A stretch of 47,467 bases of DNA from Alphaproteobacteria bacterium (GCA_051657245.1 JBOFKI010000005.1:1-47467); one strand, 5' to 3'; positions 37,546 through 46,420 are shown, numbered from the stretch's first letter. Made by a program: numbers and translations. Notes: generated by a model from the sequence alone, not told the origin.

Positions 37546-40500
37546 AGAATCGTAATCCCCGTTTGTATGTTGAGGGTTGTGGTGTGGGTCAGGGTGTCTT
37601 TATAAACGTTATAAACTGTGCCATCAACTGTTTGGATACCCGTAAGGCTCCAGCTTAAAAGACCGTCTTTCAGCTGAACCGTGTTGCCTACATTTCCATG
37701 GATGGTCAGCTCCGTTGCGCCGCTGCCTCCCCCTGAATTCACAAGGCTGTTGACGGATGTGCGATCCAACACAAGGGTGTTGTTTCCTGAGTTCAAATCC
37801 ACAATCTCCATGCTTTTAAAGGAAGACCCGCTCGAAGATGTCAGGTCAAGGGTTAGCCCAGATCCCTGAAACAACAGGGTATCGGTTCCCCCTTCACCAT
37901 CAAAGAGAGAGCCGCTCACAAAGCCGCTAAAGTGAAGCGTATCATCTCCGCCGCCTCCTTTGAGTTGGTTGGCACCACCGCCCCCAATCAAAACATCGTT
38001 CCCGGCACCCCCTGTCAAAATATCAGCTGCCGCACCCCCTTTCAAGATGACAGAGGTGCCCACACCAGAAGCCGAAGCGTTGCCCTCTAACTTACCTGTT
38101 GTCAAACTGCTACCATCAATCACCAAGAAAGATCCTGGCGCAACCGTTCCTGAGGCAAGGCTGATCACTTGATCCTCCGTCGTTGCCGTTGTGATGATGT
38201 ATTCAACATTAGCAAAACTTGAGGTCGTGAATTTCTGCGACATAGTCCCCAGCTTGATGGTGTCAATCCCGCCCCCTAGGTCAACTTTAAAGTTCGAATC
38301 AACAGCGGTGGTAAACGTGATAGTGTCATTATAAACATCCGCTGGGTTGCTCATTTTAACGGTTTCCACGTTTGCCAAGCGCAGGATATTTGGGCCCTCT
38401 GAATTTAAGGTCAAATCATCATTGCTCCCCAGAAGGTTGATCAACCCATTCGTGGTGACAGAAAAAGGCATGACATACGTGTCACTGCGGGACAGACCCA
38501 AAGCCCAGGTGTCTAAAACCGACCGGCTCGCCGCCACGGGATCGCTATCAAATTTAATACTCAAGAGCGTACTGGTTGGGTTAGGAACCGCAGCGAAGGT
38601 TTCATCTGTTGGGTTAAACACCAAAGCCCGGAGGGCAGCTTGAGCCGTTGCTGCATTGACGTTTTCAAGCTTATAGACACCAGGGCTTTCAAGGACGAAG
38701 CCTCCTCCTGAAAGAACGCCTTTTGAGGCGGTATCCAAACTGACCCGAACCGTGAAATTCGCCCCCGTTGGGTTGACGATTTCGGCATTTTCAAAAGGAT
38801 TCACCAGATCCGTCTCAAGCATTTTGTAGGGATCTGAAGAAATCCCTGTAACTGTCACCACATCAGGCCTATCATTAACAAAAATGGTGAAAGGATTATT
38901 GAAGGTAAGGTTGGTCGCATCTTTGGCCTGCACGATAATGTTGTAAGAAGATTGGGTTTCAAAATCTAAGAAAACGCCTGCTTTCACCTTGAGAGTGGTC
39001 CCCACAATCTCAAATTTACCCGATGGGTCTGAGAACAGCGTAAAGCTGGCGATATTATTCTCAGGGTCTGAACCTGAAAGCGTCCCTATGGTTGCACCCA
39101 AAGCATTCTCGTTCACGGAGCTATTAGAGAGGGTGATGGCCGTGGGGGCCTCGTCGACATTGGTCACGGAGATGGGGAAGATCTGGTCAACGTAGGCCCC
39201 GCTCGAATCGGTGGAGCGCACGGTCACGCTGTAGCTGGATTGGCCCTCAAAGTTAAGCCCGAGGGTGTTCACCTGGAGCTGGTCGCCCACAATCTTAAAG
39301 GCGCTGACATCCCCCCCCACCAGGGTGTAGGTGAAGGTGGTGTCCCCCGCATCAGGGTCTTGCGTGGAGAGCGTCCCCACCAAGGCACCGATGGCGCTGT
39401 TCTCCGGCACACTTGTGTGATCCAGCTGAATCCCCGTGGGGGTATCGTTGGCATCCGTCACCGAGATGGGGAAGATCTGGTCAACGTAGGCCCCGCTCGA
39501 ATCGGTGGAGCGCACGGTCACGCTATAGCTGGATTGGCCCTCAAAGTTAAGCCCGAGGGTGTTCACCTGGAGCTGGTCGCCCACAATCTTAAAGGCGCTG
39601 ACATCCCCCCCCACCAGGGTGTAGGTGAAGGTGGTGTCCCCCGCATCAGGGTCTTGCGTGGACAGCGTCCCCACCAAGGCACCGATGGCGCTGTTCTCCG
39701 GCACACTTGTGTGATCCAGCTGAATCCCCGTGGGGGCTTGGTTAGTAGGTCCACCGCCACCGCCACCGCCACCACCGCCGCCGCTTGCTGGGTTAGCAAC
39801 AATTGTAAAAGGCGCCTCAAAAGATAGCCCATCCTCGTTGAGGGCTTTAATGCCAATGGTTTCATTATTGCTGAGCGAAGATCCATCTTTTAATTTTAAT
39901 TGGAAAATTCCTTCTGAATTTTGAATAATTTCAAAGGGGCTATTGTCGTCGGTGATGGCGTAGCCGCTAATGTTGTTCTCAGGGTCTAAGCCTGAGAGAT
40001 CCCCCACAATTACGCCTGCTTGACCCTGTGTAACAGAATTTCCACTCAAGGAGATGGCCGTCGGTGCCTCATTCACATTCGTCACGTTGATGGTAAAGGT
40101 CTGCTCTGTGCTCAAAATTCCCTGATCTGTAGAGCGACCCCGGATGCTGTAGGTGGTCTTCTGGCTCTCAAAATCTAAGCTTGTATTAAGCTTCAGCTCA
40201 TTCCCATCGATGGTGAAGGCGCTGTTATCTCCATCACCTTCCCCTTCCACAAAGGTGTAAGTGAATTCGTTTTCAGCATCTGGATCTTGCGTGCCCAAGA
40301 CCCCAATTGTAGTTCCATCGGCTAAATCTTCTCTCATACTGTTGACAGCCGAACCTGTTATAGGATCTATAAGCGTTATGGCCGTAGGCGCTTCATTCAC
40401 ATTCGTCACGTTGATGGTGAATTCTTTTACAAAGGAAAGTCCACCCTGGTCTTTTACTTGGACCTGGATTATGTAAGAGGTCCTTAGACCTTCAAAATTA

Positions 40501-41480
40501 AATTCAGCATTTGTCCTGATGCTCCCAATCTGAAAAAAAGCGTTGTCAGGGTAGTTGATATTAATTGGCAGGGAGAACGTCAAGACGTCTCCACTGCTGA
40601 GGTTAGGGTCAACACCTGTCAACGAACCTATAAAGGTCCCAATAGGAACGTTTTCAGGCACAAGGTTATTCGACAAAATGATGTCCGTGGGGGCTAAATT
40701 AATGAAGCCACTACCGCCACCGCCGCCTGAACCGCCACCACCACTACCGCCACCGCCGCCTGAACCGCCACCACCATGGAAAAATTCAGATGCAGAAGGT
40801 GTTCCAAGATATTGATTTTTAAGAAAATGGCTTCCGATGAGGGAGCTGAGCCCCGACCCCGCAAAAGCTTCTCCTGCCCCTGCGAAAGTATAGTCTCCAG
40901 AGCCTAAATCAAGGGGGTTTAAGCTGATCTTAGCCATCAGGGTTTCTGTGATGAAGGGCCTTAGGGTTGGGATCGCGCTTCCAACACTGTCCCAAAACGC
41001 TACAAGCTCGCTGAATGCATGGCGAATGTCATCTGGAGAAGCCATGTTTTGCACAGGAGAATTGAGCAAACCCTCCAAAGGCTTTAGGTGCTCTGATAGC
41101 TGATCTAAGACACCGGAAGGTAAAGTACCATTCTCAGAAAGCAAAAATCCCTTTAGGTCTTTCATATATTCTTCTACAAAATTTAAATTATTTTTGAAAA
41201 GCAGGAAAAGTCTGTCGTCAAATTTTGGCGTGAAAGCCGATTTCATCAAATCCAAGACATGGGGTGAAGGATCAAGGGTTGCTATCATGGAAAGCTGGCC
41301 TGCTAGCCCCTTTGGCTGATCTCCCGGATGCTGTGGTAAGGAAAACGTGAACTGAAAATCAAATTCAGGTGTGGCGATCAGCTGAAGCTTGCTATCAGGA
41401 ATTCCCTTAAATAGAGCGCTGTTTAAGGATGCAAGCTTTGCCTCCACAGATGATATTGTGTTTTTAACTTCTTTTTCCAT
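37542..41480 (-). CDS. Giant cadherin-repeat / RTX-repeat surface protein (putative type I secretion substrate adhesin)
   Basis: 1312 aa with no N-terminal signal peptide. Domain order: a ~235-aa unique N-domain; a G/S linker; six ~100-aa cadherin-like repeats ending in VNEAPT / ANDTPT / VDEAPT; a poly-Gly run; a beta-rich region; RTX nonapeptides GGAAADILTGGAGNDVLIGGGGANQLKGGGGDDTL; and a C-terminal tail. Confidence 0.85.
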   Translation of the reverse strand: MEKEVKNTISSVEAKLASLNSALFKGIPDSKLQLIATPEFDFQFTFSLPQHPGDQPKGLAGQLSMIATLDPSPHVLDLMKSAFTPKFDDRLFLLFKNNLNFVEEYMKDLKGFLLSENGTLPSGVLDQLSEHLKPLEGLLNSPVQNMASPDDIRHAFSELVAFWDSVGSAIPTLRPFITETLMAKISLNPLDLGSGDYTFAGAGEAFAGSGLSSLIGSHFLKNQYLGTPSASEFFHGGGGSGGGGGSGGGGSGGGGGSGFINLAPTDIILSNNLVPENVPIGTFIGSLTGVDPNLSSGDVLTFSLPININYPDNAFFQIGSIRTNAEFNFEGLRTSYIIQVQVKDQGGLSFVKEFTINVTNVNEAPTAITLIDPITGSAVNSMREDLADGTTIGVLGTQDPDAENEFTYTFVEGEGDGDNSAFTIDGNELKLNTSLDFESQKTTYSIRGRSTDQGILSTEQTFTINVTNVNEAPTAISLSGNSVTQGQAGVIVGDLSGLDPENNISGYAITDDNSPFEIIQNSEGIFQLKLKDGSSLSNNETIGIKALNEDGLSFEAPFTIVANPASGGGGGGGGGGGPTNQAPTGIQLDHTSVPENSAIGALVGTLSTQDPDAGDTTFTYTLVGGDVSAFKIVGDQLQVNTLGLNFEGQSSYSVTVRSTDSSGAYVDQIFPISVTDANDTPTGIQLDHTSVPENSAIGALVGTLSTQDPDAGDTTFTYTLVGGDVSAFKIVGDQLQVNTLGLNFEGQSSYSVTVRSTDSSGAYVDQIFPISVTNVDEAPTAITLSNSSVNENALGATIGTLSGSDPENNIASFTLFSDPSGKFEIVGTTLKVKAGVFLDFETQSSYNIIVQAKDATNLTFNNPFTIFVNDRPDVVTVTGISSDPYKMLETDLVNPFENAEIVNPTGANFTVRVSLDTASKGVLSGGGFVLESPGVYKLENVNAATAQAALRALVFNPTDETFAAVPNPTSTLLSIKFDSDPVAASRSVLDTWALGLSRSDTYVMPFSVTTNGLINLLGSNDDLTLNSEGPNILRLANVETVKMSNPADVYNDTITFTTAVDSNFKVDLGGGIDTIKLGTMSQKFTTSSFANVEYIITTATTEDQVISLASGTVAPGSFLVIDGSSLTTGKLEGNASASGVGTSVILKGGAAADILTGGAGNDVLIGGGGANQLKGGGGDDTLHFSGFVSGSLFDGEGGTDTLLFQGSGLTLDLTSSSGSSFKSMEIVDLNSGNNTLVLDRTSVNSLVNSGGGSGATELTIHGNVGNTVQLKDGLLSWSLTGIQTVDGTVYNVYKDTLTHTTTLNIQTGITIL
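39163..39736. repeat. Near-identical 294-bp tandem duplication inside the adhesin gene (one whole cadherin-like repeat)
   Basis: 39163..39442 and 39457..39736 differ at only about 3 positions (39168/39462, 39230/39524, 39369/39663). Both encode TGIQLDHTSVPENSAIGALVGTLSTQDPDAGDTTFTYTLVGGDVSAFKIVGDQLQVNTLGLNFEGQSSYSVTVRSTDSSGAYVDQIFPISVT. Confidence 0.9.
40710..40775. repeat. Perfect 33-bp tandem duplication encoding a (G4-5 S) linker
   Basis: actaccgccaccgccgcctgaaccgccaccacc occurs at 40710..40742 and again at 40743..40775. The protein reads GGGGSGGGGGSGGGGSGGGGGSG. Confidence 0.85.
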
Positions 41481-41524
41481 GTTCGGCCCCTCCTCTTGAG
41501 AAGATGTTTTATGATTATGGAAAT

Positions 41525-41533
41525 ATTATAGCA
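41525..41533 (-). promoter_or_regulatory. Candidate extended -10 promoter element (TGCTATAAT) for the adhesin gene
   Basis: The minus strand reads tgctataat about 45 nt upstream of the ATG at 41480. A strong SD (agaggagg) precedes the start. No good -35 element is present. Confidence 0.3.
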
Positions 41534-41818
41534 CAACTATTTGATAAGTATTATTTTTTATTTTGAGAAAAAAATATAATTGTTAACTTTTTATTTCTCT
41601 TTTTTTGCGAGTAAAAAAACATTATCTTGCCAGACACAATAAACGAACTCAAATCCAGCTAAAATTTTTTCATAGGCCTGAACGCACACTTCAAGAGGAT
41701 TATGTCAAAGTCGGGATTAGGTTTGCAAAACCATGCGGACGTTTCCTCTTTACAGAAGTAAAAACTTGTTTTTCTATAGTTTGATATAGCCTGTTTTTGA
41801 CCCAATAGAGAAGTTTTT

Positions 41819-43537
41819 ATGGAAACGAAGATTCGACGTCACCTCATCACCGCCGCCCTTCCTTACATCAACGGAGTTAAGCATCTCGGCAATTTGATTG
41901 GCTCGATGCTGCCTGCGGATGTCTATGCAAGATTTCTTCGGCAACAGGGCGCAGACGTGCTGTTCATCTGCGGAACGGATGAGCACGGGACCCCTGCAGA
42001 AATTGCAGCCCAAGAGGCAGGCCAACCCATTGAGGGCTATTGTGAAACGCTTTATAAAACGCAAAAAGAGAATTATGAGGCCTTTGGTATTAACTTTGAC
42101 TTTTTTGGGCGCAGCTCTTCTCCCAGCAATCACCAGTTAACACGCCAGCTCTTTCTTGCCCTCAAAGAAAATGGCTTTATCCAAGAACGCACGGTTCGCC
42201 AGTATTATTCCCTGGCGGATCAGCGGTTTCTGCCAGACCGTTATGTGGAAGGCACCTGCCCTAAGTGTGGTTATGCTAAAGCCCGTGGGGATCAATGTGA
42301 TGGGTGTGGTGTTTTGCTGGATCCGGTAGAATTGCTCAATCCATATTCGGCCATCAGCCACAGTTATGACCTTGAGCTTCGCCAAAGTAGCCATTTTTTC
42401 TTAGACCTTCACTTGCTTGAAGAACGCCTGGAAACCTGGATTCAGCAACAGCACCATTGGTCTGACACGGTGAAGGGGATTTCTAAAAAATGGTTGAACG
42501 AGGGGTTGCAAGCCAGGTGCATTACAAGGGACCTCAAATGGGGCATTCCAGTTCCTGTGGAAGGCTATGAGGACAAAGTGTTTTACGTTTGGTTTGATGC
42601 ACCCAACGCTTATATCAGCATAACCCAAGATTGGGCCGCTGAAATAGGTCAGCCAGAGGCGTGGAAAGCTTGGTGGCTTTTGGAAGAGGGAGGAGATGCG
42701 GTTCACTACACCCAATTTATGGCGAAAGATAATGTTCCTTTTCATGCCATTTTTTGGCCCGCAGTCCTCTTCGCGTCAAATCAGGGATTCAAGCAAGTTG
42801 ATACGTTGAAAGGATTTCATTGGCTGACCTATGAAAAAGGGAAATTTTCAACCAGCCAAAAGCGGGGGGTTTTTGCAGACAAGGCTTTGGGACTTTTTCC
42901 TCCAGACTATTGGCGTTATTACCTTCTCTCCCATGCGCCTGAAACGTCAGACGCTGACTTCACGTTTGCCCACTTTGCTTCGGTGGTGAATAAAGATTTA
43001 GCTGATGTGTTGGGTAATTTTGTGAACCGGACCTTTGCCTTGGTGCATAAATACCAAGGGGGGGCCGTTCCTTCTCTCTTGGATAAAGCAACCTTAGACA
43101 CTGAGTTGTTGGCCCAAAGCACGGCTCTCGTCGAAACCCTCTCCGAACATTTAGCGCAGCTGAGATTTAGGCAGGCAAGCCAGACTTTGAGGGCGCTGTG
43201 GGTTTTGGGAAATGAATATATCGCTGCCCAAAAACCCTGGGAGCTTATCAAACAAAACCCTGATCAGGCCGCAATTGTCCTCACCCACTGCCTCCACCTG
43301 ATACGTTTGTTTGCGATCGTAAGCCACCCTTTTGTTCCCTTTGCTTCTCGCACCTTGTTGACATGCTTGCAAGATGAAGTGTTGCTCAAACAGCTTGAAA
43401 AAACGCCTTTTAAGGAAGCTCTGAATTTTCATGCCCTTGGGGTTGGTCATGCGCTGGCCGCCCCGCAAGTGCTTTTCCAAAAAATTGATCCGGAAACGGT
43501 TGAAGCTTTGACAAAGGCTTTTTCAGGCCAAGAATAG
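41819..43537 (+). CDS. metG: Methionine--tRNA ligase
   Basis: 572 aa with PYINGVKHLGNL (HIGH-type motif), the zinc knuckle CPKCG...CDGCG and KFSTSQKRG (KMSKS-type motif). Confidence 0.95.
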   Translation: METKIRRHLITAALPYINGVKHLGNLIGSMLPADVYARFLRQQGADVLFICGTDEHGTPAEIAAQEAGQPIEGYCETLYKTQKENYEAFGINFDFFGRSSSPSNHQLTRQLFLALKENGFIQERTVRQYYSLADQRFLPDRYVEGTCPKCGYAKARGDQCDGCGVLLDPVELLNPYSAISHSYDLELRQSSHFFLDLHLLEERLETWIQQQHHWSDTVKGISKKWLNEGLQARCITRDLKWGIPVPVEGYEDKVFYVWFDAPNAYISITQDWAAEIGQPEAWKAWWLLEEGGDAVHYTQFMAKDNVPFHAIFWPAVLFASNQGFKQVDTLKGFHWLTYEKGKFSTSQKRGVFADKALGLFPPDYWRYYLLSHAPETSDADFTFAHFASVVNKDLADVLGNFVNRTFALVHKYQGGAVPSLLDKATLDTELLAQSTALVETLSEHLAQLRFRQASQTLRALWVLGNEYIAAQKPWELIKQNPDQAAIVLTHCLHLIRLFAIVSHPFVPFASRTLLTCLQDEVLLKQLEKTPFKEALNFHALGVGHALAAPQVLFQKIDPETVEALTKAFSGQE

Positions 43538-43540
43538 AAT

Positions 43541-43693
43541 TTTTGCCAAAAAAGACTTATTTCCTGCGCCATTGTCCTCGACAATGCCTCGTTTCACAAG
43601 GGCATCGCCATGCAAAAGGCCGATCCAAAATTGCTTTATGCTAAACGTTTCAGGATTAGCGTAGCCTGTATTGCGTTGGTCAAAAAATATTGA
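43541..43693 (+). pseudogene. IS630-family transposase remnant (DDE-domain fragment)
   Basis: FLPKKTYF, then after a frameshift AIVLDNASFHKG...KLLY. This parallels LLPKLPYKSVVVMDNAAFHKG...TLLY of the element at 673..1176. It begins 3 nt after the metG stop. Confidence 0.5.
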
Positions 43694-43868
43694 AACAAAA
43701 ACTTGAGCGAAAAGGACAATTTTTTGGCATTAGCTGCGTATGTTTCAGAAGAATAAATATTTATGAAAAAAATAATTATTATCAATTTGTTCATATAAAA
43801 ATATTTTTTTTTTATCTTATTAAGGTATTTTTACTTTCCTTCATTTTTTTATAGGAGTAAATTTTTTA

Positions 43869-44330
43869 ATGAAATTAAGTTTGAAATGCATGGTTTTATT
43901 TGTTGCTTTTTTCACTGCCTTTGAGGCGTTTTCACATCCAGGACGGTTTGCACCTGATGCAGAAAGTAGCTCCGTTATTAAACGGGCGCCTCCTCAAACC
44001 AGCCATCCAGATATTGATGAATTGCCTCTAGATTTGAGTATGAAATCTCAGAGCCGCCATGCATCAACCGACACACCCATTACACATAAGCAAATTTTTC
44101 AGCGTTTGCAAAAGTTCCTAGTTCAAAAGCAGAGCACCAAAAGGCCTATCAATGGTTCGCGCAAATCATCTCCCAAGACTAGAAAGCCCTATTTCAAACA
44201 AGCAATTAACCTATACGATTTAGGCCGCTCTCACGCAACGCTTCTCGTGGCATCACAAAAGCAGGGAATCCCTGTGGCTCCCCTTCAAGAAAAAATAAAG
44301 CAATTTTATCAGGTTACCCTTGCTCGTTAA
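43869..44330 (+). CDS. Small basic hypothetical protein with a signal-like N-terminus
   Basis: 153 aa. The N-terminus is MKLSLKCMVLFVAFFTAFEAFS. The AT-rich upstream region contains an aggag RBS. A basic tract (KRPINGSRKSSPKTRKPYFK) and a possible C-terminal HTH (ASQKQGIPVAPLQEKIK) are present. Confidence 0.5.
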   Translation: MKLSLKCMVLFVAFFTAFEAFSHPGRFAPDAESSSVIKRAPPQTSHPDIDELPLDLSMKSQSRHASTDTPITHKQIFQRLQKFLVQKQSTKRPINGSRKSSPKTRKPYFKQAINLYDLGRSHATLLVASQKQGIPVAPLQEKIKQFYQVTLAR

Positions 44331-44334
44331 CCCT

Positions 44335-45249
44335 TCAAACTGAAGGTGGACGCTGCCCTTGCACCTGGTTGGAAGCGATAATGGTTGTACGGATTTGGTT
44401 ATAAATTTCTTGTAAGCTGGAAGGAGAATGGGGGATTAAGATAGTGTTCATGGTGCCGCTTGCCCCCATCTCTTTAAGGGTATCAAAATACTGAGCCATA
44501 AGAATCAGGCTCATCACATCTTGGGCATTGACATCGGGAACTCTGTCTTGGAATTCCACAAGGGAATTTTTTAGCCCATCCACGATTTCCTTGCGCTGGC
44601 CAGCCATCCCACGCCCTTGGAGGATTTTGCTTTCAGCTTCTCCTTCGGCTTGCTTGACTTTCAAAATCTTTTCAGCTTCCCCCCGCTCCATGGCTGCAAT
44701 CCGCAACCGTTGGGATTCATTGATTTCATTCATAGCTGCTTTAACTTTTGGGTCTGGTTCAATGTCTGTGACCAAAGCTTTGAGAATGTCATAACCAAAC
44801 TCATTCATCACTTCCTTCAGCTCTTCTTTCACAGAGTCTGCAATGTCATCTTTTTTGGCGAACACGTCGTCCAGCTTGATCTTTGGAACACAAGCCCGCA
44901 CCACATCGAAAACAAACGCTTCAATTTGTCCTTCGACATTTTCAAGGGTATAGAAAGCTTCATAAACTTTGCTGGGCAAAATCCGATATTGCACTGAGGT
45001 GGTGATGCGCACAAAAACATCATCTCGGGTTTTGGTTTCCACATCTACGTCCAGCTGATTGAGGCGCAGGTTCACTTTGCCGCGTTTGCTTTCCACAAAG
45101 GGGATCATAAAATTGAGCCCTGGTTTTGCGATTCTGGAAAATTTTCCGAAACGCTCAACCAAAACGCTAGTTTGCTGTTGCACCGTGAACGCAGAAAGCC
45201 CAAAGATGAATGCCAACACAATCAGGCAAAACAAAAGCATTTCCATCAA
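44335..45249 (-). CDS. SPFH/Band 7 (stomatin-like) family membrane protein
   Basis: 304 aa with an N-terminal TM segment, then the SPFH pattern (VERFGKFSRIAKPGLNFMIPFV...) and a C-terminal coiled-coil (AEGEAESKILQ). Confidence 0.88.
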   Translation of the reverse strand: MMEMLLFCLIVLAFIFGLSAFTVQQQTSVLVERFGKFSRIAKPGLNFMIPFVESKRGKVNLRLNQLDVDVETKTRDDVFVRITTSVQYRILPSKVYEAFYTLENVEGQIEAFVFDVVRACVPKIKLDDVFAKKDDIADSVKEELKEVMNEFGYDILKALVTDIEPDPKVKAAMNEINESQRLRIAAMERGEAEKILKVKQAEGEAESKILQGRGMAGQRKEIVDGLKNSLVEFQDRVPDVNAQDVMSLILMAQYFDTLKEMGASGTMNTILIPHSPSSLQEIYNQIRTTIIASNQVQGQRPPSV

Positions 45250-45295
45250 ATCAATCTCCTTCTAAAAGCAATGCAATGCAATGCATTACATAACA

Positions 45296-46420
45296 TTATA
45301 TAAAGATGTTATCATCGCCGTGAGAAAAAAATCTTAATTTTGAAAAGATCCCTTCTAAACACCCCAGCGCATGGTCTGAAAGGTGGCGTGCTCCCCGTAA
45401 GGCTTCTTCCCAAACAGCAACACCTCCCCTTGCGTACAGAGCAATGTCACATCCAGCATCGAGGGTTTGGCGCACTTTAACTTCTGGGCTTCCCGCCATG
45501 GCTTTCATCTCCAGGTCGTCGCTCATAAGCAAACCAGAAAAGCCTATGCGTTCCCGAATGAGGGTTTGGATGACTTTGGCTGAGGTTGTAGCGGGGGAAG
45601 ACGCATCAACCGCGCTATAAATGATGTGGGCCGTCATCGCCATGAAAGGATGGGTGTCAAAAAGCCCCACAGCTTGCTGAAATGGGGCAAGGTGCTTTTC
45701 CAACGCTTCCAGAGAAAGGTCTATAACCGGAAGCTCGTCGTGGCTGTCTACCAAAGCTGCCCCATGGCCAGGAATGTGTTTTACCACCGGACAAACCCCT
45801 CCAGCCCAGAGGCCTTGGATAGCCGCTTGCCCAAGGCTCCCAACCCTGTCAGGTGATTTACTAAAGGACCTAGAGCCAATGATCTCATGGGCTCCTGGAA
45901 CCCGCACGTCTAACACGGGGGAGCAATCCACGGAAATGGATAGGGCTTTTAAGGCCTCTGCGATGTTTTGATGGACATCAAAACAAGCTTTTTTCTGGGC
46001 AGCTACGGCATCTGATAAGGCTTCAAAAGAAGCCGCTTCTGGCCAGGTATAGCCAAGCTTTTCTAGGCGGTTTACACGCCCTCCCTCCACATCGATTAAA
46101 ATAGGGACGACTTCCCGCTGAACTACTTCTTTAAGGGATTGAACCAAGGCTTTCACCTGGATAGCACTTTCGATGTTCCACGCAAAAAGGATAAACCCCA
46201 GAGGATTTGCCTTTTCAAAAAAGGCTTTTTCTTCATCGGTGAGAACCGTTCCACGACATCCCAAAATGATCGCGAGGGGAGGCGTATGATCGCCCTTAGG
46301 GTTTGAGAACAATGGCAGAAACCTTTTTTTGGTGGAGTTGGGCAACGAGACGTTGCGCGTCTTGAAGGGAGGAGATTCCTCGGATAAAAATGACATATTT
46401 ACTTGGGCGGGGAGACCCAA
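45296..46420 (-). CDS. nagZ: Beta-N-acetylhexosaminidase NagZ (GH3)
   Basis: ILIDVEGGRVNRL, KHIPGHG and LLMSDDLEMKA. The start is uncertain: the ATGs at 46420 and 46396 overlap the upstream gene by about 100-125 nt, and in-frame TTG codons lie further downstream. Confidence 0.85.
   Translation of the reverse strand: MGLPAQVNMSFLSEESPPFKTRNVSLPNSTKKRFLPLFSNPKGDHTPPLAIILGCRGTVLTDEEKAFFEKANPLGFILFAWNIESAIQVKALVQSLKEVVQREVVPILIDVEGGRVNRLEKLGYTWPEAASFEALSDAVAAQKKACFDVHQNIAEALKALSISVDCSPVLDVRVPGAHEIIGSRSFSKSPDRVGSLGQAAIQGLWAGGVCPVVKHIPGHGAALVDSHDELPVIDLSLEALEKHLAPFQQAVGLFDTHPFMAMTAHIIYSAVDASSPATTSAKVIQTLIRERIGFSGLLMSDDLEMKAMAGSPEVKVRQTLDAGCDIALYARGGVAVWEEALRGARHLSDHALGCLEGIFSKLRFFSHGDDNIFI

Noticed and set aside
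39240-39827. 195-aa plus-strand ORF with an internal repeat, and minus-strand alternate-frame ORFs at 39269..39886
   Set aside because: These are alternate-frame or antisense readings of the GC-rich 294-bp tandem duplication within the adhesin gene. Their open frames and internal repeats are by-products of the duplication.
45268-45290. Microrepeat gcaat-gcaat-gcaat-gcatt between the SPFH gene and nagZ
   Set aside because: It has only three to four pentamer units in a 46-nt spacer. It contains the palindrome aatgcatt but no flanking promoter or terminator features. It is too short to interpret.
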